This document shows, piece by piece, positions 16,389 through 24,713 of a stretch of 39,495 nucleotides of DNA (position 1 is the first letter of the stretch; each line of letters starts with the position of its first letter). A program made the translations under genes and the position numbers. The notes under the pieces are model-generated. The model did not search any database. It was not told the origin of the DNA and saw only the letters and a program-made list of their open reading frames with translations. This stretch comes from a virus (lineage: Duplodnaviria > Caudoviricetes), in the IMG/VR virus record IMGVR_UViG_3300015050_000728, positions 1 through 39,495 of that record. The stretch is one strand, 5' to 3'.

Positions 16389-17075
16389 ATGGCTCTTAAC
16401 GCTAATAAACCTCAGGCTGGTGGTAAGAAATTTGCCCCACAAGAAAACATTAAAGCAGGTGTCTATCCTGCTCGATTGGTTCAACTGATTGATCTGGGCC
16501 TTCAGCCTCAGAAACCATATCAAGGTAAGGACAAGCCTCCTGTCCAAGAAATCATGCTTACGTATGAACTCGTAGATGAATTCATGAAGGATGAAGAAGG
16601 GAATGACATTGAAGATAAACCACGTTGGGTTAGCGAGACGCTTCCTTTCCATGGATTGTTTGCAGATAAGGCTAAGAGTACACAACGTTATCTGGCATTT
16701 GATCCTGATCAAAAACTGTATGAAGGTGACTTCGCTAAAGCTGTAGGTAGTCCTATCGTCGTAGCTATTGTCAATAACGCAGTGGGTGATAAGATTTACG
16801 ATAATGTAGGTACTATCTCTGCTATGCGTCCTCGTGATGCAGTGAATTGTCCAGAGCTGAAAAATCCTACTAAGGTGTTTGACTTGGATGCTCCAGATAT
16901 GGAAGCTTTCAATACGATGCCTAAATGGGTGCAGGATAAGATTAAGGGTAATCTTAATTACGCAGGTAGTGCTCTTCAGAAAGCTCTTGGTGACAAGGGT
17001 TCTCCTGAGAAGGATGATCCTAAAGCAGAGATTGCTAAAGAAGATGCTCCTGACGCAGGTAAAAATCCTTACTGA
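16389..17075 (+). CDS. Putative single-stranded DNA-binding protein
   Basis: GVYPARLVQLIDLGLQ N-terminal motif, acidic flexible C-tail ending in an aromatic residue (NPY), and position between polymerase and exonuclease. Confidence 0.55.
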   Translation: MALNANKPQAGGKKFAPQENIKAGVYPARLVQLIDLGLQPQKPYQGKDKPPVQEIMLTYELVDEFMKDEEGNDIEDKPRWVSETLPFHGLFADKAKSTQRYLAFDPDQKLYEGDFAKAVGSPIVVAIVNNAVGDKIYDNVGTISAMRPRDAVNCPELKNPTKVFDLDAPDMEAFNTMPKWVQDKIKGNLNYAGSALQKALGDKGSPEKDDPKAEIAKEDAPDAGKNPY

Positions 17076-17869
17076 TGCAACCCCTAATCGATGCCGATGT
17101 TCTGAGATATGAAGTAGGCTTCGCAGCGGAGGCAGGCTGGCAACAAGCTGGCTTTCCTCCGTTTGATTATGCTGCTGAAATCTTAGATAACAGGATAGGT
17201 AATATCTGTGCTGTTGTTGAAGCTAAGCATCCTCCTATACTCTACCTAACTGGTAAGGGTAATTTTAGGTATGAGATTGCTAAACGTCAACCTTATAAAG
17301 ATCGTCCAAGTGCAAAGCCTTGGCATTTCCATAACTTAACAGCGTACATGCTGTGTAAATACAATGTCATCATCTCAGAAGGAATGGAAGCAGATGATCT
17401 TATGGCCCTTGAGCAAACAAGAAGAATGCTTGGAGGGGAACCCGAAAGCATTATCTGCACAAGAGATAAAGACCTTAGACAGGTATATGGCTGGCATTAT
17501 GGATGGGAGCTTGGTAACCAGCCCTCGTTTGGACCGTATAATGTCACCGATTTTGGAGAAATTAAGCTATCATCTGACAGAAAATCGATTAAAGGCTGGG
17601 GAGAAAAGTTCTTCTGGAGTCAGTGTTTAACTGGTGACAGAGTAGATAGTATTCCCGGAATTGATGGTATGGGGGCTGTAGGAGCGTTTAACATCTTAGA
17701 ACGTACCAAGGGTACATATGAGGCGTTTAATGCTGTCCTAGAGGCTTATAGGGTTGTCTATGGGGATGATGCAGAGAAGGAATTGCTTGAACAAGGAAGG
17801 CTTTTATATATGACTAGAAAACTTAATGAAGATGGCACTCCTGTGCTGTGGGAATTACCTAATGAGTAA
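17075..17869 (+). CDS. 5'-3' exonuclease (T7 gp6 / FEN-like)
   Basis: LIDAD, NFR...YK, EADD, DKDLRQ, GDRVDSIPG. Confidence 0.92.
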   Translation: MQPLIDADVLRYEVGFAAEAGWQQAGFPPFDYAAEILDNRIGNICAVVEAKHPPILYLTGKGNFRYEIAKRQPYKDRPSAKPWHFHNLTAYMLCKYNVIISEGMEADDLMALEQTRRMLGGEPESIICTRDKDLRQVYGWHYGWELGNQPSFGPYNVTDFGEIKLSSDRKSIKGWGEKFFWSQCLTGDRVDSIPGIDGMGAVGAFNILERTKGTYEAFNAVLEAYRVVYGDDAEKELLEQGRLLYMTRKLNEDGTPVLWELPNE

Positions 17870-18050
17870 ATATAGATTAAGTGAAGGTCCAGCAGACTTT
17901 GAATATAAAGCCATGTTGGAGTGGAGAATGTGTTCTGATCCTTTTCCTGTATCTGAAACTAAACAACTCTATATAGATCAATACCTCGATTATATTGCTA
18001 GAGAGTTTGGATATGAGGATTGGATAGATGCCTACCACAAAATCAAATAA
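17862..18050 (+). CDS. Hypothetical protein (62 aa)
   Basis: ATG 17862 overlaps the exonuclease stop. Confidence 0.55.
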   Translation: MSKYRLSEGPADFEYKAMLEWRMCSDPFPVSETKQLYIDQYLDYIAREFGYEDWIDAYHKIK

Positions 18051-18426
18051 GACACGCAATGGAAACCAATGGACTGAATCCAGATATAATTCCTTCGTCA
18101 AGGGGGGACTTAGAAGCGCAAGTCAGCGATGGCCTCCAAAATATCAGGCACTTGCTGAATCTTGCGTGGGACAACGCATCAACCCCAAATCAGGCAGACT
18201 TGCTAAGTTCTATAAATGTGCGAGTTGCAAGAATGATTTTGTTGCAAAAGAGGTTGAGGTTAATCACATCATTCCAGTAGTTCCTGTAACTGGCTTCGAC
18301 AGTTGGGACGGCGTGGTGTCTCGTTTATTCTGTGAGAAAGAATATTTAGAGGTGGTATGTAAGCCATGCCACAAATTAATTAGTAAACAAGAAAATGTCG
18401 AAAGAAAGCAATCTAAAAACATTTAA
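18028..18426 (+). CDS. HNH endonuclease
   Basis: CASC...VEVNHIIP...LEVVCKPCH ββα-Me/Zn pattern. Confidence 0.85.
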   Translation: MPTTKSNKTRNGNQWTESRYNSFVKGGLRSASQRWPPKYQALAESCVGQRINPKSGRLAKFYKCASCKNDFVAKEVEVNHIIPVVPVTGFDSWDGVVSRLFCEKEYLEVVCKPCHKLISKQENVERKQSKNI

Positions 18427-18667
18427 TGAATGGTCTGGATTGGGATATAAAATTAACAAAGGCTCCAAAGCAACACGCATTTGTGGACTTAATTATTTTA
18501 ATAAATCTCAAGTGACTTATACTAGACGTTCAAATGGTTCTAGAGGATACCATTGGATTGGTACAGACCCAACAAGTAGAGGGTCTCTCAATTATGATGA
18601 AGAGTATGATGAAGATCATTATACGAATAATCCTCTATTTTGTGATTACCTCGGTAGAAAATATTAA
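18395..18667 (+). CDS. Hypothetical protein (90 aa)
   Basis: ORF track; 'KTFNEWSGLGYKINKGSKA' segment. Confidence 0.55.
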   Translation: MSKESNLKTFNEWSGLGYKINKGSKATRICGLNYFNKSQVTYTRRSNGSRGYHWIGTDPTSRGSLNYDEEYDEDHYTNNPLFCDYLGRKY

Positions 18668-18682
18668 AAGAAAGTTAAATAA

Positions 18683-18934
18683 ATGATTGATAAGAACACG
18701 TATAAAGGTTTCTCACTGTTCAACGATATCGAAGACTACATTCTTCGTACACGTAATCGCGCTGTAGTGTTAGCCAATATGGCTGAAGACAATTCTAAAT
18801 CTCGTCTCATCAACGCTAAAGGTGCTAGCCTTATCTTGGGATATTTCCAACAAGTTCCAGCAGATGAAAGAGCAGATGTTAAATCAAAATTCGCAAATGT
18901 CATGGCAGAGCGCGGATTTCGACTCGTCGCATAA
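18683..18934 (+). CDS. Hypothetical protein (83 aa)
   Basis: ORF track; operonic spacing. Confidence 0.7.
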   Translation: MIDKNTYKGFSLFNDIEDYILRTRNRAVVLANMAEDNSKSRLINAKGASLILGYFQQVPADERADVKSKFANVMAERGFRLVA

Positions 18935-18953
18935 TAAGGTTTATAAGAAACTA

Positions 18954-19271
18954 ATGGAAAAACTTAACGTAGGTGTTAAGAACGATCAAGACAAACCTCG
19001 TATGGAGCTTCTCGATGCAGAAGCTCTAGAGGGTATTGCTGCTGTTCTTACATTTGGAGCTAAAAAATATGCAGCTAACAACTGGCGGAATGGTATTTCT
19101 AACTCTCGTCTTGTCGGGGCTTTGCTTAGACATATTTTTGCTATCCTTCGTGGAGAAACTACAGACCCTGAAAGTGGGCTTCCGCATATCGACCATGCTG
19201 GTTGTTGCTGGATGTTTCTCTCTAGTAATATGAAATCTAGACCAGAAATGGATGACCTATGGAAACCTTAA
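18954..19271 (+). CDS. dATP/dGTP diphosphohydrolase-like domain protein (DUF5664 type)
   Basis: GVKNDQDKPRMELL, VLTFGAKKYAANNWRNG, ALLRH, DPESGLPHIDHA. Start at ATG 18954. Confidence 0.82.
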   Translation: MEKLNVGVKNDQDKPRMELLDAEALEGIAAVLTFGAKKYAANNWRNGISNSRLVGALLRHIFAILRGETTDPESGLPHIDHAGCCWMFLSSNMKSRPEMDDLWKP

Positions 19272-19642
19272 GTGATAAAATCAGGCAGTGTAAAGATGGT
19301 GTTGTTAAAAACCCATATCAAGGCACTGATAAGAAAGTTGTGTTTGTGTGTAGCATGGGCATTCTACGTAGCGCTACTGGTGCTCGTCTGTATGCTCATA
19401 AGTATAACACTCGTACTGCAGGTACTTATCCCGATGCTTTGGTGCCTCTTAGCCCAATCCTCGTGGCATGGGCTGATGAATTAGTGTTTGTGAATAAAGA
19501 TAATTACAATTTCTTTACTAAGAATATTGATAGGGAGCTGTTTGCAGATTTGAATATTAAAGTGTTGAACATACCTGATTGCTACGAGCATATGCATCCA
19601 AAATTGATTGAAGCTTTCAAGGAGCAATATGAAGATATCTAA
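19259..19642 (+). CDS. Low-molecular-weight protein tyrosine phosphatase-like (CX5R) enzyme
   Basis: P-loop VVFVCSMGILRSAT, TAGT, WADELVFV, LNIPD general-acid Asp. Confidence 0.8.
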   Translation: METLSDKIRQCKDGVVKNPYQGTDKKVVFVCSMGILRSATGARLYAHKYNTRTAGTYPDALVPLSPILVAWADELVFVNKDNYNFFTKNIDRELFADLNIKVLNIPDCYEHMHPKLIEAFKEQYEDI

Positions 19643-20411
19643 GATGGAAGCCACCTATGTCAACCACATGGGGGATGATCTTAGTGTTGTTAACGCAGCA
19701 CGAGTTAGCTTTCATAAAGAATCTACATGGAAATACGATGAATGGACTGACCCTCCCACTGGTGAAACAGTAGAGAGTGCAGCAGCTAAAGGTTATCCTG
19801 TTAGGATTATTAAACACAATCCACATCTGAGTAAGGGTGATGAAAAACTTATTAATTATCTTGCTAAGCATAAGCATTTCTCTCCCTTCAATCATGCTTT
19901 TATGTCTTTTCGTATCAAAGCTCCTATCTTTGTGGCACGGCAGCTAGTAAAGCATAAGTTTATGCCTTGGAACGAAGTGTCCCGGAGGTACGTAGATGAT
20001 GAACCTGAGTTCTTCTATCCAGAAGTGTGGCGTGCTAAAGCAGAGAATGTAAAACAAGGAAGTGCTGATATTGGCACTCCTATGCAATGTTTCTACGCTA
20101 TTGACGCTGAATCTGAAAAGTTCAAGGGACACACAGAACTTTATAGTCACAAAGATGTAAATGAACTTTGTCTTTCTGTCTATCGTGACATGTTAGATCA
20201 AGGTGTAGCTCCTGAACAAGCTCGTATGGTGTTGCCTCAGAACATGATGACGGAATGGATTTGGAGTGGTACTCTCGGAGCGTATGCAGATATGCTTCGT
20301 TTACGTTTAGACCCACACACTCAGGCTGAAAGCAGAGAAATGGCTCAGATGATTTATAAGAAAGTTGAAGAACTTTTCCCTGTTAGTATTAAAGCCCTAT
20401 TGGAAGCTTAA
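19629..20411 (+). CDS. thyX: Flavin-dependent thymidylate synthase
   Basis: VNAARVS, HFSPF, ARQLVKHK...NEVSRRY, ARMVLP, LRLDPHTQAE. Start at ATG 19629 (GGAG RBS). Confidence 0.93.
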   Translation: MKISKMEATYVNHMGDDLSVVNAARVSFHKESTWKYDEWTDPPTGETVESAAAKGYPVRIIKHNPHLSKGDEKLINYLAKHKHFSPFNHAFMSFRIKAPIFVARQLVKHKFMPWNEVSRRYVDDEPEFFYPEVWRAKAENVKQGSADIGTPMQCFYAIDAESEKFKGHTELYSHKDVNELCLSVYRDMLDQGVAPEQARMVLPQNMMTEWIWSGTLGAYADMLRLRLDPHTQAESREMAQMIYKKVEELFPVSIKALLEA

Positions 20412-20560
20412 TGAAACGTATGAGAAATTGGATAGGGTATCCTATCTTAGCTGTAGGTGTTATCTTGGTAGGTATTGGGATGGTCTTACGACATGGTTTC
20501 AATGGAGCTACTATTAGACTCAATAAAATGACAGATTCAATTAAGAAAGTACAAGAATGA
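20411..20560 (+). CDS. Small single-TM protein (49 aa, MKRMRNWIGYPILAVGVILVGIGMVLRHG...)
   Basis: Read manually; TAATG and ATGA couplings on the two sides. Confidence 0.6.
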   Translation: MKRMRNWIGYPILAVGVILVGIGMVLRHGFNGATIRLNKMTDSIKKVQE

Positions 20561-21321
20561 GTAAGATTATGGTATTGCCTGACATTCAGGCCAAAGATGG
20601 TGTTGACTTCTCTTACCTTCGTAAGATTGGACAATATATTTGTGAGAAACGTCCAGACACTATTGTGTGTATTGGTGATTTGGCAGACATGGCTTCGCTA
20701 TCATCTTTTGACGTGGGTAAGAAATCCTTTGAAGGTAGACGTTACACTAAGGATGTACAAGCAGCTATTGATGCTCAGACGGCTCTGTGGGCTCCTGTAC
20801 GTGCTCTCAATGCTCAACAGCGACGTAATGGTAAGAAGATTTATGATCCTCGTACTGTCCTCACTCTTGGTAATCATGAAGAACGAATCAATCGTGCTAT
20901 TAACAATGATGCTAAGCTTGAAGGTTTGATTTCTATTAATGATTTAAAATATAATGATTACTGGCAAGAAGTTTATCCGTTCCTCGAAACGGTTGTTATC
21001 GACGGCATTGCTTTTAGTCATTATTTTGTTACTGGAGTTGCTGGGCGTCCTAGCTCTACGGCTAACGCGCAGCTTAATAAGCAACACATGAGCTGTGTGG
21101 CGGGTCATCAACAAGGATTCCAGATTGCTTCAGCGCATAGGGCAGATGGTACTCGTCTCACTTCTATTATTGCTGGTAGTTGTTATGAACATGATGAGGA
21201 TTACATGGGTCCACAAGGTAATAAACATTGGAGAGGTTTCCTGATGTTGCATGAAGTGAATAACGGTAGCTTTGATTTCATGCAAGTGTCTCTAGATTAT
21301 ATCAATAAGAAATACGACTAA
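20557..21321 (+). CDS. Calcineurin-like metallophosphoesterase #2
   Basis: LPDIQ, IGDLAD, LGNHE, FSH, AGH. Confidence 0.88.
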   Translation: MSKIMVLPDIQAKDGVDFSYLRKIGQYICEKRPDTIVCIGDLADMASLSSFDVGKKSFEGRRYTKDVQAAIDAQTALWAPVRALNAQQRRNGKKIYDPRTVLTLGNHEERINRAINNDAKLEGLISINDLKYNDYWQEVYPFLETVVIDGIAFSHYFVTGVAGRPSSTANAQLNKQHMSCVAGHQQGFQIASAHRADGTRLTSIIAGSCYEHDEDYMGPQGNKHWRGFLMLHEVNNGSFDFMQVSLDYINKKYD

Positions 21322-21749
21322 TGGAAATTGAAATCAGATTAGGTTATCTAGCTGGTTTCTTTGATGGCGAAGGGTGTGTTTCTGTTGGAGACAATGGAAA
21401 TATTGCTCTTCGTGTAATTAATACAAATTTAGAAGTTTTAGAGCTGTTTAAAGAAAAATTAGGCGGTTCAATTGGTAGTCGTACACAGATTGTCAATAAG
21501 AAACAATATACTTGGAGTGTATACGGAAACAATGCTTTAAAAGTTGCTTCTGTATTATCTCCATATTGTATTGAAAAGAAACTACAACTAGAAGAAATTG
21601 TAAATTGGTATAATAGACGACAACATTTTGTTCGTTTGCGGAAACCAAAAGGTAAAGGTTGGGATGCTGATCCTAATCGCATAATTGCCATTAAAGAAAC
21701 ACAAGAACTATTAACGAAAATGAAGATGGGAGATTATGCAAAACAATGA
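21321..21749 (+). mobile_element. Free-standing single-motif LAGLIDADG homing endonuclease gene
   Basis: YLAGFFDGEGCV motif, NTNLEVLE, PYCIEKKLQ. Visibly AT-rich; the flanking genes appear intact. Confidence 0.88.
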
Positions 21750-23721
21750 ACCTTCACTAAGAAGTCAATTAATTACTCGACGTACCTATTCACGTCCTCT
21801 GGACGAAGCGGGTGTAGTATTTGAGAATTGGCCTCAAACTGTAGATCGAGTAATTGGTCATCAGTCTTGGCTGTGGGAACGTGTTAGTAAAAATGAAATG
21901 GGTATGTTGTCGTATGATGAGGTTATGGAGCTTGAAGAACTTCGTCAACTGATGATGGAACGCAAAGTTCTCACATCAGGTCGTACTCTCTGGCTAGGTG
22001 GCACTGAAGTAGCTAAGCGTCGTGAAGCCTCTCAATTCAATTGTTCCTTTACGAAAGTGGAGAGTGTATATGATGTGGTTGATGTTCTTTGGTTGCTTAT
22101 GCAAGGTTGTGGAGTGGGCTTTAGGCCGGTGGTGGGTCAACTCACTGGCTTTAGCTCTCCAATATCAGAGCTTGAAATCATTAGAAGCACTAGAACAGCA
22201 AAAGGAGGAAATCAAGAAAATGAAGAAACCTTTATTGACGGAGTGTGGACAATCAAAGTTGGAGACTCAGCAGAAGCTTGGAGTAAGTCCATCGGTAAGT
22301 TGGTCGCTCATAAGTTTCCCGCCCGTAAACTTGTACTCGATTTCTCCGAGATTAGACCAGCAGGTGAAAGGTTAAAAGGATATGGATGGATTTCTAGTGG
22401 TGATGCAAGCATTGCTACAGCCTATAGGGCTATTTTTGATATTCTTAATCGTCGCAGTGGCAGCTTACTTTCGCGTATTGATATACTTGATACGGTCAAT
22501 TGGCTTGGAACTGTACTATCGTCTCGCAGAAGCGCAGAGATTGCGTTATTTGAATATGGAGAAGACGAATGGGAAGAATTTGCAGTAGCGAAAGAAAATT
22601 GGTGGGAAAATAATGTTCAACGTGCACAATCAAACAACTCTCTCTTATTCAGAACTAAACCGTCTAGAGGAGAGCTTGCTGGTATCTTTAAACTCATGGT
22701 TGATTCAGGAGGGTCTGAGCCCGGTTTTATTAACGCTCAGGCAGCTACCCGAAGAGCCCCATGGTTCCAAGGAACTAATCCTTGTGCTGAAATTCTCTTA
22801 GGTAATAAGAGCTTTTGTAATTTAACGGAGGTAGATGTTGCTAAATTCAAGGGAGACAGTGCAGGACTTAGACGAGCTATCCACATTGCTGCTAGAGCAA
22901 ATTACCGGCAAACATGTGTTAATCTTCTTGACGGGATTCTTCAAGAGGCATGGCATCTCAACAATGAGTTCCTCAGACTCTGTGGTGTTGGACTTACTGG
23001 TATCGTCAGAAGGCCTGATCTTAGCCCTTACGACTACAGCGAGCTTCAAAGAGTTGCTACAGCAGGAGCTTATGGAATGGCTGACGAATTGGGACTTCCA
23101 CGTCCTAAAAATGTTACCACCATCAAGCCTTCGGGGACGCTATCCAAGGTCATGGACACGACTGAGGGTGTACACAAGCCGCTCGGAAAGTACATCTTCA
23201 ATAGTGTTAACTTCGGAAAACATGATCCCCTCATTCTACTGTGTCGCGCTGCTGGATACAAAGTCATTGATAACCCTACTGATCCCGAAGCAGTGCTTAT
23301 CACGTTTCCAGTAAAATGGGATGGTGTACATTTTGATAAATTTGTTAAAGACGGTGTAGAACTGGAAGTAAATCTTGAATCAGCTATTACACAGCTTGAG
23401 CGTTATAAAATGCTTATGCAAAACTGGTGTCAACAAAATGTTTCAGCAACAATCTCCTACAGCGTGGACGAGGTTGAAGGAATCATTGATTGGCTTATGG
23501 ATAATTGGGATGTTTATATTGGGGTTAGCTTTCTATTTAGAGCAGACCCTACTAAATCAGCCAAAGATCTCGGATACTTATATCTGCCACAAGCAGTAGT
23601 TACTAAAAAGGAATATGAAGATTATGTTGCTAACATTCAACCTATCGAGCTTAACAAAGCGAATGACATTGATGCCCCTCTTGAAGAAGATTGCATCGGT
23701 GGTGTATGCCCTGTTCGGTAA
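21736..23721 (+). CDS. nrdJ: Class II (adenosylcobalamin-dependent) ribonucleotide reductase, monomeric RTPR type
   Basis: RRTYSR, SGRTLW, FNCSF, RRSAEI, TNPCAEI, CNLTE, TIKPSGT, and C-terminal CIGGVCPVR redox pair. No nrdB-like partner in the window. Confidence 0.93.
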   Translation: MQNNEPSLRSQLITRRTYSRPLDEAGVVFENWPQTVDRVIGHQSWLWERVSKNEMGMLSYDEVMELEELRQLMMERKVLTSGRTLWLGGTEVAKRREASQFNCSFTKVESVYDVVDVLWLLMQGCGVGFRPVVGQLTGFSSPISELEIIRSTRTAKGGNQENEETFIDGVWTIKVGDSAEAWSKSIGKLVAHKFPARKLVLDFSEIRPAGERLKGYGWISSGDASIATAYRAIFDILNRRSGSLLSRIDILDTVNWLGTVLSSRRSAEIALFEYGEDEWEEFAVAKENWWENNVQRAQSNNSLLFRTKPSRGELAGIFKLMVDSGGSEPGFINAQAATRRAPWFQGTNPCAEILLGNKSFCNLTEVDVAKFKGDSAGLRRAIHIAARANYRQTCVNLLDGILQEAWHLNNEFLRLCGVGLTGIVRRPDLSPYDYSELQRVATAGAYGMADELGLPRPKNVTTIKPSGTLSKVMDTTEGVHKPLGKYIFNSVNFGKHDPLILLCRAAGYKVIDNPTDPEAVLITFPVKWDGVHFDKFVKDGVELEVNLESAITQLERYKMLMQNWCQQNVSATISYSVDEVEGIIDWLMDNWDVYIGVSFLFRADPTKSAKDLGYLYLPQAVVTKKEYEDYVANIQPIELNKANDIDAPLEEDCIGGVCPVR

Positions 23722-23733
23722 GAGAGAATATAG

Positions 23734-23970
23734 ATGATTGAGTTTAAACCTTATGAATCAAAACCTATTGTTAGGATGGCTTATCAAATTACTGATAAAG
23801 ATTCTGTTGAAGAAGGTTTTGACGGAACATCAACGTGGTTTATTGGAATGCTTACTTTTAAAGCATATCAAGAACCTAAAGTTGGTGATTGGATTGTACG
23901 TCTTACAGAAGAGGATACATATCACGTAACAGATGAAGTGTTTCGTGAACGTAATATAGTAAATGATTGA
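23734..23970 (+). CDS. Hypothetical protein (78 aa)
   Basis: YESKPIVRMAYQI...PKVGDWIV...EVFRERN pattern recurrent in phage proteins. Confidence 0.7.
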   Translation: MIEFKPYESKPIVRMAYQITDKDSVEEGFDGTSTWFIGMLTFKAYQEPKVGDWIVRLTEEDTYHVTDEVFRERNIVND

Positions 23971-24214
23971 AATTCGTAATGGATGTACAGTATTTGGATT
24001 TGATGAGGACACACAACTCATTACTTGGGAGTATATAGATGCTAAGTCTGCAGGAATCATTAGAACCTATTTCACATCTCCTGCACTCCAATCCCCTAAG
24101 ATTGGTGACTTCATTAGTGACGACTTCCGATTAGTTCCTCGTACAGAGCCTAAAATCATTCCTAGTGAACGAGATAGGTTCCGTGAGGATAAAGATTACA
24201 CCTACAGACGCTAA
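23963..24214 (+). CDS. Hypothetical protein (83 aa)
   Basis: ORF track; overlaps the upstream stop. Confidence 0.6.
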   Translation: MIEIRNGCTVFGFDEDTQLITWEYIDAKSAGIIRTYFTSPALQSPKIGDFISDDFRLVPRTEPKIIPSERDRFREDKDYTYRR

Positions 24215-24396
24215 TGTGGGGAATGATTGATTACAGAGCAGAACATGGGTGTGTGATGGTAGTTCCTGTCGATAAAAAAGGGAATGTCCTTCCTCCCCAT
24301 ATTCTCTCCGAAGATTGTATATGTGAGCCTGATGCTGAATACCATTCAGAGACAGGCTATTACGTTGTTGTTCATCACGGACCTGATAACGTATAG
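24214..24396 (+). CDS. Small putative metal-binding protein (60 aa)
   Basis: H...CICEP...VVHH; TAATG coupling. Confidence 0.6.
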   Translation: MWGMIDYRAEHGCVMVVPVDKKGNVLPPHILSEDCICEPDAEYHSETGYYVVVHHGPDNV

Positions 24397-24403
24397 ACAA
24401 AAG

Positions 24404-24443
24404 AAAAGCCGCCCGAGGATTACTCCAGAGGCGGCTATTTTTA
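24404..24443. terminator. Bidirectional rho-independent terminator between the convergent genome arms
   Basis: AAAAGCCGCC...GGCGGCTATTTTT hairpin with an A-tract on the left and a T-tract on the right, located at the +/- strand junction. Confidence 0.85.
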
Positions 24444-24713
24444 TTTCTTCTTCCTTTTGTCGTACTGATTTAAAGCACGATTCTTAGAAGCAGACATTAC
24501 TTGTGTATTGCTTTTCTTGTTATTACGAGGATTAGAATCTTTATGATCAATATCCTTCCCATCTCCCTTACGCACCTTTCCATCCTTCATCGCCTCGCTG
24601 CGAGCAGCATTACGAGAAGCCCTGTCCTTCTTGCTGGAAGCCTTGGAATTATATTCACGCTGTCTAATAGAATCAGCCGTAGCGTTCTTCTTAAACTGTC
24701 CTTTTTTAGCCAT
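24441..24713 (-). CDS. Small basic HNH-like protein (90 aa)
   Basis: KDIDHKDSNPRNNKKSNTQVMSASKNR (DH...N...N core). Confidence 0.75.
   Translation of the reverse strand: MAKKGQFKKNATADSIRQREYNSKASSKKDRASRNAARSEAMKDGKVRKGDGKDIDHKDSNPRNNKKSNTQVMSASKNRALNQYDKRKKK

Noticed and set aside
21321-21749. Group I intron or intein hosting the LAGLIDADG ORF
   Set aside because: There is no flanking non-coding sequence, both neighbours appear complete, and the ORF has its own start and stop.
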